A stretch of 64,000 nt of DNA. Source: an uncultured Chloroflexia bacterium (GTDB lineage: Bacteria > Chloroflexota > Limnocylindria > Limnocylindrales > CSP1-4). Position 1 is the stretch's first letter. Each line of letters starts with the position of its first letter. The DNA lies in contig CAVYBU010000017.1 in NCBI GenBank assembly GCA_963766735.1, forward strand, positions 1-64,000. Reading direction: 5' to 3'. The translations under genes and the position numbers were made by a program. Of this stretch, positions 39,764 to 50,450 are shown one piece after another. The notes beneath the pieces are model-generated. The model did not search any database. It was not told the DNA's origin and worked only from the letters and a program-made list of their open reading frames with translations.

Positions 39764-40834
39764 TCAGCCGCCGGCATCCAGCGCAACGGGCGTCGCCGGT
39801 AATGCCGCGGTGTTGCCAGGCGGGGTCAGGACGCCCGTCGTGAGCGGCTCACCCGTCGTCTCGTCCAGCAGCACCCACAGGATGCGGGGCGGGTAGTCGC
39901 CGGCCGGGTATCGGCCGGGGCCATATGCGGTTTGCAGGCCGCGCACGTACCAGACCAGGCCGGACGGCGCGGGTCCCGCCGCCAGGGCCGCGGCGGCGTC
40001 CCGGTCGATTGCCGCGACCGTTGCAGGGCGGACCACGGCCGAGATCAGGACCGTGCCGGATCCGCCGATGGCGAGGCTCAGGGCGGCGTCGAGGTGGCGG
40101 TAGGCGATGTCCGGCGGGGGGACCTCGAGGCCCGCGTCGAAGACCGGACCGGGGTCGAACGGGTCACCGTCCGCCCACGCGACGAGGTCCGCGGTCATCT
40201 GCTCAACGCAGCCGCGCTCCGTGGCCGCGCAGGGCGAGCTCGGTCCCCCGCCACGACCCACGATCACCACCGGGATTGGGCCATCGGGCGAGGCGTCCTC
40301 GAAGACCGCGGGCAGGCGGACGCCCGGCGGGAAGCGCAGGTGAAGGTGGACGCCAGACCTCCAGCCGAACTCGTCGATCATGACGAGCCTCGCGCGTCGC
40401 TCGCACAGGGGGCTCAGCGGGCCGCGCGTGTCGCCGGTCGCCGCCCCGCACGCGTCGGCCGCCCGGAGGCCCTCGAGGAACCCCGCGACTGCGATCGGGA
40501 GGCCGTCCCCGGTGGCGAGCGGGCCCTGCGCCTCAGGGATTGAGAGGACCGGAAGGCCGGCCGCGCCCTTCGGGAAGCCGGGCCCCGGCCCGGTCGGGGC
40601 AGCCACCGCCGTGGGCGCCGTGGGCGAGGCGGCTGGGACGGGCACCGCGGAGGGCTCCTCGGCGATGGCCGCGCGCGAGGCATCGGGTGCGACCGGCTCC
40701 GGCTGGGGTTTCGGCCCTGCCACGCCCGCGCCCACGATGGCGATCAGCAGGGCGACCGGCAGCGCGAGACCGGCGAGGCTCAGGGCCCGCCGCACCGGGG
40801 AACGCGGGTTGGTCGGGGTCGGCTCGACGATCAT
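39764..40834 (-). CDS. Hypothetical membrane-anchored extracellular protein
   Basis: Long ORF, N-terminal TM helix, Pro/Ala linker, Cys pairs; start uncertain. Confidence 0.65.
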   Translation of the reverse strand: MIVEPTPTNPRSPVRRALSLAGLALPVALLIAIVGAGVAGPKPQPEPVAPDASRAAIAEEPSAVPVPAASPTAPTAVAAPTGPGPGFPKGAAGLPVLSIPEAQGPLATGDGLPIAVAGFLEGLRAADACGAATGDTRGPLSPLCERRARLVMIDEFGWRSGVHLHLRFPPGVRLPAVFEDASPDGPIPVVIVGRGGGPSSPCAATERGCVEQMTADLVAWADGDPFDPGPVFDAGLEVPPPDIAYRHLDAALSLAIGGSGTVLISAVVRPATVAAIDRDAAAALAAGPAPSGLVWYVRGLQTAYGPGRYPAGDYPPRILWVLLDETTGEPLTTGVLTPPGNTAALPATPVALDAGG

Positions 40835-40919
40835 CGGTTGGAGGAGCATACGCAAAAGGCGCCAAATCGGTTTTGATCGGCCCTTCCCGCACGGCGGAGG
40901 GCCGCGTAGGCTTGCCGTC

Positions 40920-42242
40920 ATGAGGCGGATCCGGGAGCTCCAGGAGGTTGACCAGCGTTCCTACTGGCAGGTCACGGCACCCGAGATGCCCGACCGGCGT
41001 GGCCGTGACCTCCCGGATGCGACCGACGTGGCGGTGGTCGGCGGGGGGCTGACCGGCCTGTCTGCCGCCCGGCGCGCGGCCGAGCTGGGCGCGAGCGTTG
41101 TGCTCCTGGAGGGCGAGCGCCTGGGGTGGGGCGGCTCGACGCGGAACGGCGGCATGTGCCACCCCGGGTACAAGCACTCCGTGGCGGAGCTGGTGGCCCA
41201 GCACGGCGAGGCCAGGGGAACCGCGCTCTATCGCGAGAGCCTCGATGCGTACGAGCACGTCAAGGGGCTGTGCGCCGCCTCGATCGAGGCGGACTTCGCG
41301 GAGGGTGGACACCTGGTGCTGGCTGCAGTCCCGGGCCACGCAGACGCCTTTCCCGCTTCGGTGGAGGCGCTTGCGCACGAGGACATGCCCGCGCACGTGG
41401 TGGCGCGCGGGGACCTGCGGAGCGAGATCGGAACCGACGCGTACTTCGGCGGCCTGGTGGTGGAGCGGAGCGCAGGCCTGCATCCGGGCAAGCTGGTCGC
41501 GGGCCTCGCCCGCATGGCCGAGGAGGCGGGCGTGAGCCTCCACGAGGAGACGCGGGCGTTGCGGATCCGGCCCCAGGCCGACGGCCGGACGGTCTTGGAG
41601 ACGTCCCGGGGCGCGATCCTGGCGAGGAACGTGATCGTCGGCACCAACGGCTACACGGGGTCGCTCACGCCCTCGCTGCGGCGTCGGCTGCTGTCCATCG
41701 GCAGCTTCATCATCGTCACCGATCCACTGTCCGCCGAACTTGCCGCGGAGTTGAGCCCGCGCGGCCGGATGTTCTTCGACACCAAGAACTTCCTCTACTA
41801 CTGGAGGCTCACGCCGGACAACCGGATGCTCTTTGGCGGGCGCGCGAGCATGTGGCCGAGCTCGATCCTGCACACCGCGGAGATCCTCCAGGCATCGATG
41901 GTTCGGGTGCACCCGCAGCTGGCCGGGACCCGGATCGCCTACGCGTGGGGTGGCAGGGTGGCGTTCACCTTCGACCGGATGGTCCACGCGGGGCGCGCCG
42001 ACGGGGTGACGTACGCGGTCGGCTGCTGCGGCTCCGGGGTGGCGATCATGCCCTGGCTTGGGACGCGGCTGGCCGAGTGGGTGGGCGGGGGTTCCGCGCC
42101 GGAGCTCGCGTCGCTCCGATTCCCGCTGGTGCCGGTGCCGTACGAGGGCCGGGCATGGTTCCTGCCGTTCGCCGGCGAATACTGGAAGGCGAAGGACCGG
42201 CTGGCCGCACGCGAAGCGGCGAAGGGCCCGAAGGCGGGCTGA
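40920..42242 (+). CDS. FAD-dependent oxidoreductase (PuuB/DadA-like)
   Basis: SYW, DVAVVGGGLTG, GGSTRNGG, LHPGKL, GTNGY, RMLFGG. Confidence 0.9.
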   Translation: MRRIRELQEVDQRSYWQVTAPEMPDRRGRDLPDATDVAVVGGGLTGLSAARRAAELGASVVLLEGERLGWGGSTRNGGMCHPGYKHSVAELVAQHGEARGTALYRESLDAYEHVKGLCAASIEADFAEGGHLVLAAVPGHADAFPASVEALAHEDMPAHVVARGDLRSEIGTDAYFGGLVVERSAGLHPGKLVAGLARMAEEAGVSLHEETRALRIRPQADGRTVLETSRGAILARNVIVGTNGYTGSLTPSLRRRLLSIGSFIIVTDPLSAELAAELSPRGRMFFDTKNFLYYWRLTPDNRMLFGGRASMWPSSILHTAEILQASMVRVHPQLAGTRIAYAWGGRVAFTFDRMVHAGRADGVTYAVGCCGSGVAIMPWLGTRLAEWVGGGSAPELASLRFPLVPVPYEGRAWFLPFAGEYWKAKDRLAAREAAKGPKAG

Positions 42243-42248
42243 GCGAGA

Positions 42249-42587
42249 TCAGGGCGCGCGGCTCGCCCCGCACGAGAAGCAGGCTTCTCGGTCATCGACG
42301 TTGGTCGTCCCGCAGCTGGCACATGCCCACCAGGCCGGCTGGCCGCGTTCCCCTGCCGGACGCGACGGGCGCCGGTTCACGACGATCGCGATCGCGCCCA
42401 CCACCATGAGCACGGCGCTCATCACGAGCAGCGCAACGACATAGGGCAGCAGCGGATCCGTGCCCAGGACAACGTCCGCGGTGACGAAGCTGGGCGCCGG
42501 GGTGGCCGCGTCGGCGAGGGCAGCGGGCGGGAGGGCGAGCGTGAGCACGATGCCGGGCAGCGCGAGGAGCGACAGGAGACGGCGCAC
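42249..42587 (-). CDS. Small membrane protein with C-terminal RanBP2-type zinc finger
   Basis: Signal/TM segments then WACASCGTTNVDDREACFSCG. Confidence 0.7.
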   Translation of the reverse strand: MRRLLSLLALPGIVLTLALPPAALADAATPAPSFVTADVVLGTDPLLPYVVALLVMSAVLMVVGAIAIVVNRRPSRPAGERGQPAWWACASCGTTNVDDREACFSCGASRAP

Positions 42588-42718
42588 GGCATGGTTGTAG
42601 CGCCGATGGTCGTGCGGCGCCACTCCCCCGATCGGCACGCGCATCCGTCGTCCCGGAAGCCGGCCTGCCGGGCCGCCTGGGCGGGGAGAGTGCGCCTGCA
42701 GCGGCGCTCGCCAGGTCC

Positions 42719-43480
42719 TCAGGCCAGACCGCCCCCGTCCACGACCAGGGTCGTCCCGGTCACCCAGGCAGCCGACTCGCCGGCGAGGTAGACCACGGCC
42801 TGCGCGATGTCGTCCGGGGTGCCGAGGCGCGCGAGCGGGCGCTCCGCCGATTCGGCGAGGAACGCCGTCTCGTCGACGCCCAGCTGCCGGGCCTCCGACC
42901 GCAGCATCGGCGTGTCGGTATCGCCCGGACAGACGCAGTTGACCCGGATCCCGGCCGGTCCGTGATCGATGGCCATCGCCCGCGTCATGTTGACGACGGC
43001 GCCCTTCGAGGCGCAGTAGCTGACGGCGTCCGGTCCGCCCTTCAGGCCCCATCCCGAGCCGATGTTGACGATCGATCCGCCACCACCAGCCTCCATGACG
43101 GGTACCGCGTGCTTGCCCATCAGGAAGATCGATCGCACGTTGACGGCCATGACGCGTTCCCACTCGTCCTCCGTGGTCCCGACCACCGTTGCCCGGCGCA
43201 CGATCCCGGCGCAGTTGACGACGATGTCGAGGCCGCCGAACTGAGCCACCGCGGTCTCCACAGCGCGCCGGCAATCCTCGGTTCTCGTCACGTCACAGTC
43301 CACCGCGAGCGCCTGCCCGCCGTCCGCCCGTATCGCGTCTGCGACGGCGCCGGCTCCCGTGGCATCGACGTCCGCGACCAGGACCGCGGCCCCTTCGGTC
43401 GCCAGCCGGATCGCGGTCGCCCTGCCTATTCCGGATGCCCCGCCGGTCACGATCGCGCGGCGTCCCGTCAGTGTCGGCAT
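42719..43480 (-). CDS. SDR oxidoreductase
   Basis: TGGASGIG, NCAG, YCASK, NCVCPGDTDTPM. Confidence 0.93.
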   Translation of the reverse strand: MPTLTGRRAIVTGGASGIGRATAIRLATEGAAVLVADVDATGAGAVADAIRADGGQALAVDCDVTRTEDCRRAVETAVAQFGGLDIVVNCAGIVRRATVVGTTEDEWERVMAVNVRSIFLMGKHAVPVMEAGGGGSIVNIGSGWGLKGGPDAVSYCASKGAVVNMTRAMAIDHGPAGIRVNCVCPGDTDTPMLRSEARQLGVDETAFLAESAERPLARLGTPDDIAQAVVYLAGESAAWVTGTTLVVDGGGLA

Positions 43481-43551
43481 GGTTGATCCTCTCGAGCGGT
43501 GGTGTTTCGGGTGCAACGACACCCGTGACGACTAGCCTGAGCTGAGCCCGT

Positions 43552-44718
43552 TCACGCCGGTTCCACACGCACCACCATGCGTTCGTGGTACCCCGTGACA
43601 ACACTCAGGTGGCCCGCAAGGTCGCGATCGAGATCACGGTCGCCGGTGTCGACGAGCAGAGGTCGCCCGCGGAGCGCGGCCAGCTTGGCAGGGGTCGCCA
43701 CGACCAAGAGACTGTCCCGAGAGATTGCCCGGATGACATCCGGCGAGATCGGCTGGTTGCCTCGTCCGAACAGAAAGCCCTGCCCACCGATCGGCGTGAC
43801 GACGATCGACACTGGTCTGCCCGCCACAGCTTCGCGGATCTCGCGCTCTCCGGCGTCGGTCACCATCAGGTCCGGCCCGGTCACCGTCGCGGTCACGACG
43901 TCGATACCCACAAGGGTCTTGCGTACGCCGAGCGCCGCGGCCACGCTCCCGACCGTCGTGCCCGGGCCGAGCACATAGCAGCGCCCCGCCACTAGGCCTT
44001 CGAAGATGTCGGCCGCGATCCCGGCCATGGCGACGGCCTCGCTCGCTGGGGACGGGGCCTTCCGGGCCTGCACCAGACGGCTGACGGGCACGCGCAGGTA
44101 TCCGTGCAGGCGCGGTGTCACCTCGCCTCGTCGATACGCGTCCTCATCCAGGTCGAGGACCTCACGCTCGGCGGTTCGTCGGGCCACGGAGCCAACGTAC
44201 GCGGCTGCGAGCCGGCCGGCCGCCGCAGGGCTCGTGGCGAATACCGCAGATTGGACCTTGACTCCGGCCGGGATGCCGAGCGTCGTGATCGTCCCGCCCA
44301 CCGCCGCGACGATATCTCTCGCCGTCCCATCACCCCCGGCGAACAGCAGCAAGTCCACCTGCTCCGCGGCGAGGGCCGCCGCGAGCTGGCGCGTGTCGCC
44401 GGCTGTCGTGGTGCCGACTGTCGGCCCACCCACGGTCATCGCCGGGTATTCGGCCCCGGCGGCCGCGAGAAGCCCCAGATGTGCGTCCCCGGTGAGCAGT
44501 CGGGGCAGCGGCGCAGGGGCGGGCCACGCCGCCCGCAGGGCACGCAGGGGATCACTGGCCCGGGCGGTCGCTACGGCCTCGGCACCCAGGGCGAGCGCCC
44601 TGGCGACAGCCTCGGCGCCATCGGTTCCATGGAGCCCCACACGTCCACCAAGGCCTGCGATCGGGTTCACAACAAGGCCGATGGTGGGACGAAGCGACGA
44701 CCCGCGGGGATCAGGCAT
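43552..44718 (-). CDS. ATP-NAD kinase family (AcoX-like) protein, copy 2
   Basis: NPIAGLGGRVGLHGTDG, GGDGTARD, PAGVK, GGQGFLFGRGNQ. Confidence 0.88.
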   Translation of the reverse strand: MPDPRGSSLRPTIGLVVNPIAGLGGRVGLHGTDGAEAVARALALGAEAVATARASDPLRALRAAWPAPAPLPRLLTGDAHLGLLAAAGAEYPAMTVGGPTVGTTTAGDTRQLAAALAAEQVDLLLFAGGDGTARDIVAAVGGTITTLGIPAGVKVQSAVFATSPAAAGRLAAAYVGSVARRTAEREVLDLDEDAYRRGEVTPRLHGYLRVPVSRLVQARKAPSPASEAVAMAGIAADIFEGLVAGRCYVLGPGTTVGSVAAALGVRKTLVGIDVVTATVTGPDLMVTDAGEREIREAVAGRPVSIVVTPIGGQGFLFGRGNQPISPDVIRAISRDSLLVVATPAKLAALRGRPLLVDTGDRDLDRDLAGHLSVVTGYHERMVVRVEPA

Positions 44719-46327
44719 CGGCCGGAGTTGCCTCCGGCGAACCCAGGCCCGAGGCAGAGCCGTGCTTGCGGCGATAGGCCCGCCACGTGATCGCCCAGCG
44801 GTCGGGATCCTCGAACCAGCTGTGGTCGATCTGGTGAATCGTGCTCCGATGCGGGGCGGAACGCACCACATCGGGCGTGGAGTAGGCCTCGCCAGCGACG
44901 GTCCGGAGCATGGCGGCGTACTCGTCGAGGTCCGCCCGTGAGTACGACTCGGTCGGCTCCAGGGTCATTGGCTCCGGGACGACGAAGGGGTGGTGGCTTG
45001 TCCAGTAATGCGTCCCGAAATCGGCCATCCGCACCCCGATCTCCTCGCTGTGGATGTCGGTGTCCCGGGTCAGCTCCTCCCAGCTGTAGCGGACCTGTTC
45101 AATCCGGCGCTTGCCCTCCGCGTATGGCGCAGACACGCCGCGGATCGCCAGGACCAACTTCATGAGGTAGTTGTTGTTGAGGACGGCGATCTCGGAGACT
45201 TCCCTGAGGCCGACGGCCCCGAGGCTCATGATCCAGGCGTAGGCGCGGACGAGGTTGGGCGCGACGCCGTACCAGGGCCGCACCTTGCCAATGCTGTCGG
45301 GCCGGACGTGGTCGAGGTAGAAGCGGTCGCCGTCGCGCTCCACGGTTGGCGCGGGCAGGTAGCGTGCGATCTCGGCCGTGACACCGCAGGCCCCCGCCGC
45401 CGGCCCGCCGCAGGCGTGAGGCGTCGAGAACGTCTTGTGCAGGTTGAAGTGGCACAGGTCGAAACCGGCGTCGCGAGCCCGCGTGATCCCCAGCAAGCCA
45501 TTGGCGTTGGCCTGGTCGTACGAAGCCAAACCGCCCACGTCGTGCACCGCCTGCACGAACGCATCGATCTCAGGGTTGAAGATCCCCGTGTCCTCTGGGT
45601 TCGTGATCAGCAGTGCCGCGGTCCGTTCGGACAGGACGCTCTTGAGTGCTGCGAGCGATGGCCGGCCGGTCTCCGGGTCCGGCATGAGCGTGATCACGCG
45701 ATAGCCTGCCGTCTTCGCGCACGCCGCATTCGAGGGATGGCTGAACATCGACGTGATGATCTCGTCGCGCCGTTCGGCATCGCCCCGCGCAGCGTGGTAC
45801 GCCCTGATCATCGAGACGTTGGCCCAGATCGCGGCTGAGCCCGCCCCCGGCTGGAGGCTGACGCGGTCCATTCCCGAGATCTCGCGCAGCAGTTGCTCCA
45901 GCCGCCAGATGATCTCGAGGGCACCCTGGATCGTGGATTCATCCTGCAGCGGGTGCAGGTCGGCGAGGCGCGGGTTGCGGACCAGCTGGTCGTTCACCTT
46001 CGGCGAGTACTTCATCGTGCACGTGCCCTGTCCGACATCGATGTTGAGATCGGCACCCAGGTTCTCCTGGGACAGGCGGGTGTAGTGACGGACGACATGC
46101 AGCTGCGCCAGCTCTGGAAGCGCCGGCGCCGAGGTCCGGCGAACGCCGGGTGGCAGTTGTGCCGCAGGGCTGCCAACGCGTTCGGAGATGCCTTGCTCCA
46201 GCTCTGGAAGCAGCACGCCGCGAGCACCGGGGGTGCTGAGCTCGAACAGGATCGGCTCGTCCCAACTGGCCTGGTGAAAGCGGCGGGGCTGCGGCTTGGG
46301 CCCGATCGCGGCGTGCGGTGCGGTCAT
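44711..46327 (-). CDS. gcvPB: Glycine decarboxylase subunit 2-like (divergent), copy 2
   Basis: GTCTMKYSP, ITNPED, NLHKTFSTPH, LNNNY, EPTES. Confidence 0.88.
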   Translation of the reverse strand: MTAPHAAIGPKPQPRRFHQASWDEPILFELSTPGARGVLLPELEQGISERVGSPAAQLPPGVRRTSAPALPELAQLHVVRHYTRLSQENLGADLNIDVGQGTCTMKYSPKVNDQLVRNPRLADLHPLQDESTIQGALEIIWRLEQLLREISGMDRVSLQPGAGSAAIWANVSMIRAYHAARGDAERRDEIITSMFSHPSNAACAKTAGYRVITLMPDPETGRPSLAALKSVLSERTAALLITNPEDTGIFNPEIDAFVQAVHDVGGLASYDQANANGLLGITRARDAGFDLCHFNLHKTFSTPHACGGPAAGACGVTAEIARYLPAPTVERDGDRFYLDHVRPDSIGKVRPWYGVAPNLVRAYAWIMSLGAVGLREVSEIAVLNNNYLMKLVLAIRGVSAPYAEGKRRIEQVRYSWEELTRDTDIHSEEIGVRMADFGTHYWTSHHPFVVPEPMTLEPTESYSRADLDEYAAMLRTVAGEAYSTPDVVRSAPHRSTIHQIDHSWFEDPDRWAITWRAYRRKHGSASGLGSPEATPADA

Positions 46328-47734
46328 CGGGTGACCTCCCGGAGACTCTCGACGAGGCGGTCGATGTCAGCCTGAGATCGGACCTCGGTCACGGCGAACA
46401 GGGCGCTCTGACCCAGCGCGGGGAACTCGATCGAGAGATCCTTGCCGCCGTGAATGCCGCGTGAGAGAAGATGCTGGTTGATCTGGGCGATGGTCCGACC
46501 AGTCCCGGAGAAGTCGGCGACGAACTCGTGGACGTGGTGGCCGGTGCTGAAAGGCACGCGGACGCCCGGAAGCTCCGCCAGGCGCTCGATCGCGTATCGC
46601 GTGCGCGCCATCATCCGCTCGCCGAGCTCGACCATGCCCTGGGGTCCCATGAGCGCGAGGTACACGCCGGCCGTGATGCCCCACAGGGCGGCTGCCGTCC
46701 CGACCCACTCCTTGCCCTCTTCGCGGACCGCGAAGGACGTCCGTTCGTAGGCGACGTCACCGAACCCATACTCGCCCTTGACCCGCGTTGGCGCGATCCC
46801 GAACAGGCGCGAGGGGTACTCCTGGATGATCCGCGGGTCGTCGGCCGAGGCGATGAACCCACCGTGCCCGCCGCCGAACTGCTGGTGGATGCCAAGCGGT
46901 TGGATATCGCCGCGCGCGATGTCGGCCCCGATCGACGCGGGCGGGGCGAGGACGCCGAGGGTCGAGGGATCCACCGACACGACCGCCAATCCCCCCACCC
47001 CATGGGCGAGAGCCGTGATCTCGGCGCGTGCGTCTCGACGATGCCGAGATACGACGGCTGTTCGAAGTAGACGGCCGCGGTGTCGACACCCAGAACGGCC
47101 TGCAGTGCGTCCAGGTCCAGTTCGCCCGTCTCCGGGTTGTGCGGCAGCAGCTCCAGTGACAGATCCGGCGCACAGTAGTCCACGATCTTGGACAGCTTGT
47201 CCCGGCCGACAGTGTCGGCGATCAGGACGCGCCGGCGGCCCGTCGCGCGCGCGGCATGCGAAGCGACGTGGCCGCCGCTTGGAAGCCATCGTAGACGGGG
47301 ACGTTCACGACGTCCATGTCAAGCAGCTCGCCCATCATCGAGACGTACTCGAACAGGGCCTGAAATCGACCGTGGTCCTCGTACGGCTCGCCCGCGTAGG
47401 CGGTCAAGAACTCACTCCGGCCACTGATCTCGTCACAGACCGCCGGCACGTAGTGGTCGTAGCACCCGGCGCCGAGGAAGCTGATCAGTTCCCGGGTCGA
47501 CGTGTTCCGGTTGAGCATGCCCTCGACGTGGCGCACGAGCTCCGCCTCGGATGCCAGTGGTGTCGGCAGGTCGAGTGGCCGGTGCATGCGCAGTCGTCCC
47601 GGGACTTCCGCGTACAACTCCTCGATATCCCTTGCCCCGGTGGCGGCCAGCATGGCGGCCTTGACCGCGGGTTCGGAGTTCGGAATGTACGGGTGGACAG
47701 TCGGTGACTGCGAAGGAGGTGTCGGGTGGCTCAT
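46324..47734 (-). CDS. gcvPA: Glycine decarboxylase subunit 1-like, copy 2 (frameshifts near 47255 and 47027)
   Basis: Three consecutive frames give HPYIPN...SFLGAG, YFEQPSYLG and QPLG...AVTE; pseudogene or assembly error. Confidence 0.75.
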
Positions 47735-48598
47735 GGTGTCTCCGTGGTCGGCCTCGACCGGTGGTGTGCATCGAGTTGGTCAGCCTCTGGCGCCGGGCCC
47801 TGCCGGATCCAGTCGCGGCTGGCGAGGCCGCCGGCGAGCTCGCCGCCGTCGATCGGGATGGCGGTGCCGGTGAGGTACGCGCCCTCGTCGGACGCGAGGA
47901 AGGCGAACAGCGCCGCCACCTCCTCGGGCCGCGCGTGTCGGTTGAGCGGGATCTTCGCGTCGGTCGCCGCCAGCATCTCCGGGGTGTACTCGGATTGCTG
48001 CATGGGGGTCATCACGTAGCCCGGGCAGACCGCGTTGACCCGGATCGTGGGAGCGAGCTCCAGGGCCATGGACCGGGTCAGCAGGATCACGCCAGCCTTG
48101 GACGCGTTGTAATCCGCGTAGAAGGGGTGGCCGACGATCCCGTTGGTGGACGCCGTCATGAGGATTGCGCCGCCATCGCCGGCGACCATGCGGCGGGCGG
48201 CCTCCTGGGCGCAGTTGAAGACGCCGTCGAGGTTGACCGCCATGACGCGCCGCCAGTCCTCGGGCGTGATGTCCAGGAACCGGTGGCGGACGCTGATGCC
48301 GGCGTTCGCGATGAGCACGTCGACCCCGCCGATCAGCCGGTCGACGACGAGGAACGCGGCATCCACGGACGCGCGGTCCGCCACGTCCGCTTCCACGACC
48401 CCGGCGAGGCCGGGGAGCTCCGCCCGGACGGCCTCGTTGCGCACCGGGTCCCGGTCCAGGATGACGACCCGGCTGCCTTCCGCGACGAACCGTGCCGCCG
48501 TGGCCTGGCCGATGCCGCTGGACCCGCCCGTGACGACGACCCGGCCGTCCGGCGAGGTCGGGGTGGCGGGCGACGGATATCGGCTGTCCCTCGGTCAT
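47731..48598 (-). CDS. SDR oxidoreductase (frameshift near 48543)
   Basis: VVVTGGSSGIG, ANAG, YNASK, NAVCPG; ATG 48598 is one base out of frame. Confidence 0.8.
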
Positions 48599-48827
48599 GT
48601 GTCGTGCTCCGTGTCCGATCCGTGTCCTTGTCCTGGCCTGGGAACTCGCGCGCACTGCGGGTGGAAGCCCTCGGGAACGTCCATCGCAGTGCATGGTAGG
48701 GGAGGTGCAGCATCGGTTGCGCGAGCCATGGGCGCCGCCGTTCCTCGGCCGTTCCTCGGCCGCGCCCTGTGGGTAAAGTTATGAGTGATGTAAGTGCATG
48801 TGGAATCGCGGCAGCCGCAGGTGACGA

Positions 48828-49022
48828 TTGCCGTCCGACGTGTCCACCGCAATCGCTGCCCTCCAGGCTGATCCTGTCCTCTTGGAGGCCGTTGGCCCGG
48901 TGGTTGCGGAACACTATCCAGTGGTGAAGCAGTTCGAGGCGGAACTCGCCGCCGAGGCAGACAGGGCGATGCCCGGTGCCGGGCTCGCATGGGAGCGACG
49001 CGCCTACCTCGAGGCCGTGTGA
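48828..49022 (+). CDS. Small hypothetical protein
   Basis: 64-aa ORF with protein-like composition, abuts the next gene. Confidence 0.5.
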   Translation: MPSDVSTAIAALQADPVLLEAVGPVVAEHYPVVKQFEAELAAEADRAMPGAGLAWERRAYLEAV

Positions 49023-49023
49023 G

Positions 49024-50024
49024 GTGGTCGAACGCCTCGGGCTGCGCTTCGGGCGCCTGTTTCCCGGCGAGCGACTGGTGGCCCTGACCGGGGCTGACAG
49101 CATGGCCGAGGCGTTTGACCGCCTGGGCCCGCAGCGACCGGCCACCTGCGGTGCCTACGCCTCTCGTATCTCTTTCCCGCCCTCGGCCTGGTGGAGCAGG
49201 ACGGCCATGACCTCGCGGCGGAGGACTACCTCGCCCACCTGGCCGGTGTGGTTGTCGAGGCGTTCGAGATCCCAATCTCGGACGCGATCAGCGAGCGTGT
49301 TGGGCGCGGCGAGCTCACTGAGTCGGAGGCGATGGCGGCACACGGGCGCTCCTGGTACCGGTATCCGGTCCGGAGTTCAGCGGATCCAGTTGAGAGCGGG
49401 ACCAGCCCCGCCGGAGTTGCCCGGGCGATCGACGTGGCCTCGGCCGGCCGGGTGGTGGCCGTTCCGCTCTCTGCCAGGCTGGAGGATGGATCCGTCCAGC
49501 TCACCGATGACCGCTGGTCTGGGGTTCTGGACGAACTTGCCGCGCACGTCGACGACTGGCAGTGGCACGCTGTCTTCAACTACGAGAGCGATCAGGTTCT
49601 GAAGCCGGATGACCCGGCATTCACGCCGGCGAACCTGGCTGCGGCCGGTGCCGAGGCGAGGCTGCCGCGGGATGACTGGGGTGTCGGTCACTTCGCCGGC
49701 CTCGCCGGTCTGTGGCGGATGCGGAGCACTGGCCGATGGTGGATGCTCCTGTTCGATACCTACAAGCATCGCGGGTTCGACGGGTATCAGCCCCAACCGG
49801 CCAGCCTGATGCGGCAAGCACTGGTTCGGACCGACGGACGCGGTGGCGGGGTCCTGCTGGTGGTGCCGGCGCAGACGGTGCAGGACGTTCGGCGGATGCT
49901 GGACCGGCGTGGCCTCGTGGCGCGCATGTGGTCGAACGGGTCACCGGAGCCCGACGACTGGGCGTGGACGGCCCCGGCTGAGGTCTCGCCCCGGCTCCCC
50001 TCGGCGGTACAGTGGCAGCGATGA
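49024..50024 (+). CDS. Hypothetical protein with papain-like Q-C/H/D pattern (frameshift near 49160)
   Basis: QRPATCGAY in the first frame; GVGHF and LLFDTY in the second. Confidence 0.55.
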
Positions 50025-50407
50025 CCTCGCCCGAGCACCCCAACCCGGTTCGGCCCGTCGACTACAAGGGCGAACCCCTCGATGCCGGGCGCGGCCCCGG
50101 CCTCGGCTGCTTCCGCTTCCAGGTTGGGCTGCTCGCCTTCCTGTTGATCCTGACGCCCCTGTCCGTGGCCTGGAACTGGCCGACGGCGGCCAGTGCGGTC
50201 CTGCTGTTCCTGACCCTGATCATCCTGCTGTTCGCAGGCCAGACGGTCATCTTCCTGCTGCGCCTGGTGGCCGCGGATCGGCGCGACGGGGGCCGCCATC
50301 GCCCGCTCGCCAGCCCCACCATGACGGTCGGCGAGCTGGAGGATTCCAGCGCGCCAGCGGATGCGCTCGCGGACCCCGGGACAACCGACCCGGGCGTGCG
50401 AGAATAG
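50021..50407 (+). CDS. Small two-TM membrane protein
   Basis: Two hydrophobic segments; ATGA overlap. Confidence 0.7.
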   Translation: MTSPEHPNPVRPVDYKGEPLDAGRGPGLGCFRFQVGLLAFLLILTPLSVAWNWPTAASAVLLFLTLIILLFAGQTVIFLLRLVAADRRDGGRHRPLASPTMTVGELEDSSAPADALADPGTTDPGVRE

Positions 50408-50450
50408 CCACGGCCCCACGTCCAGGGATCCCAGGGAGGCGCTTCGTTCC

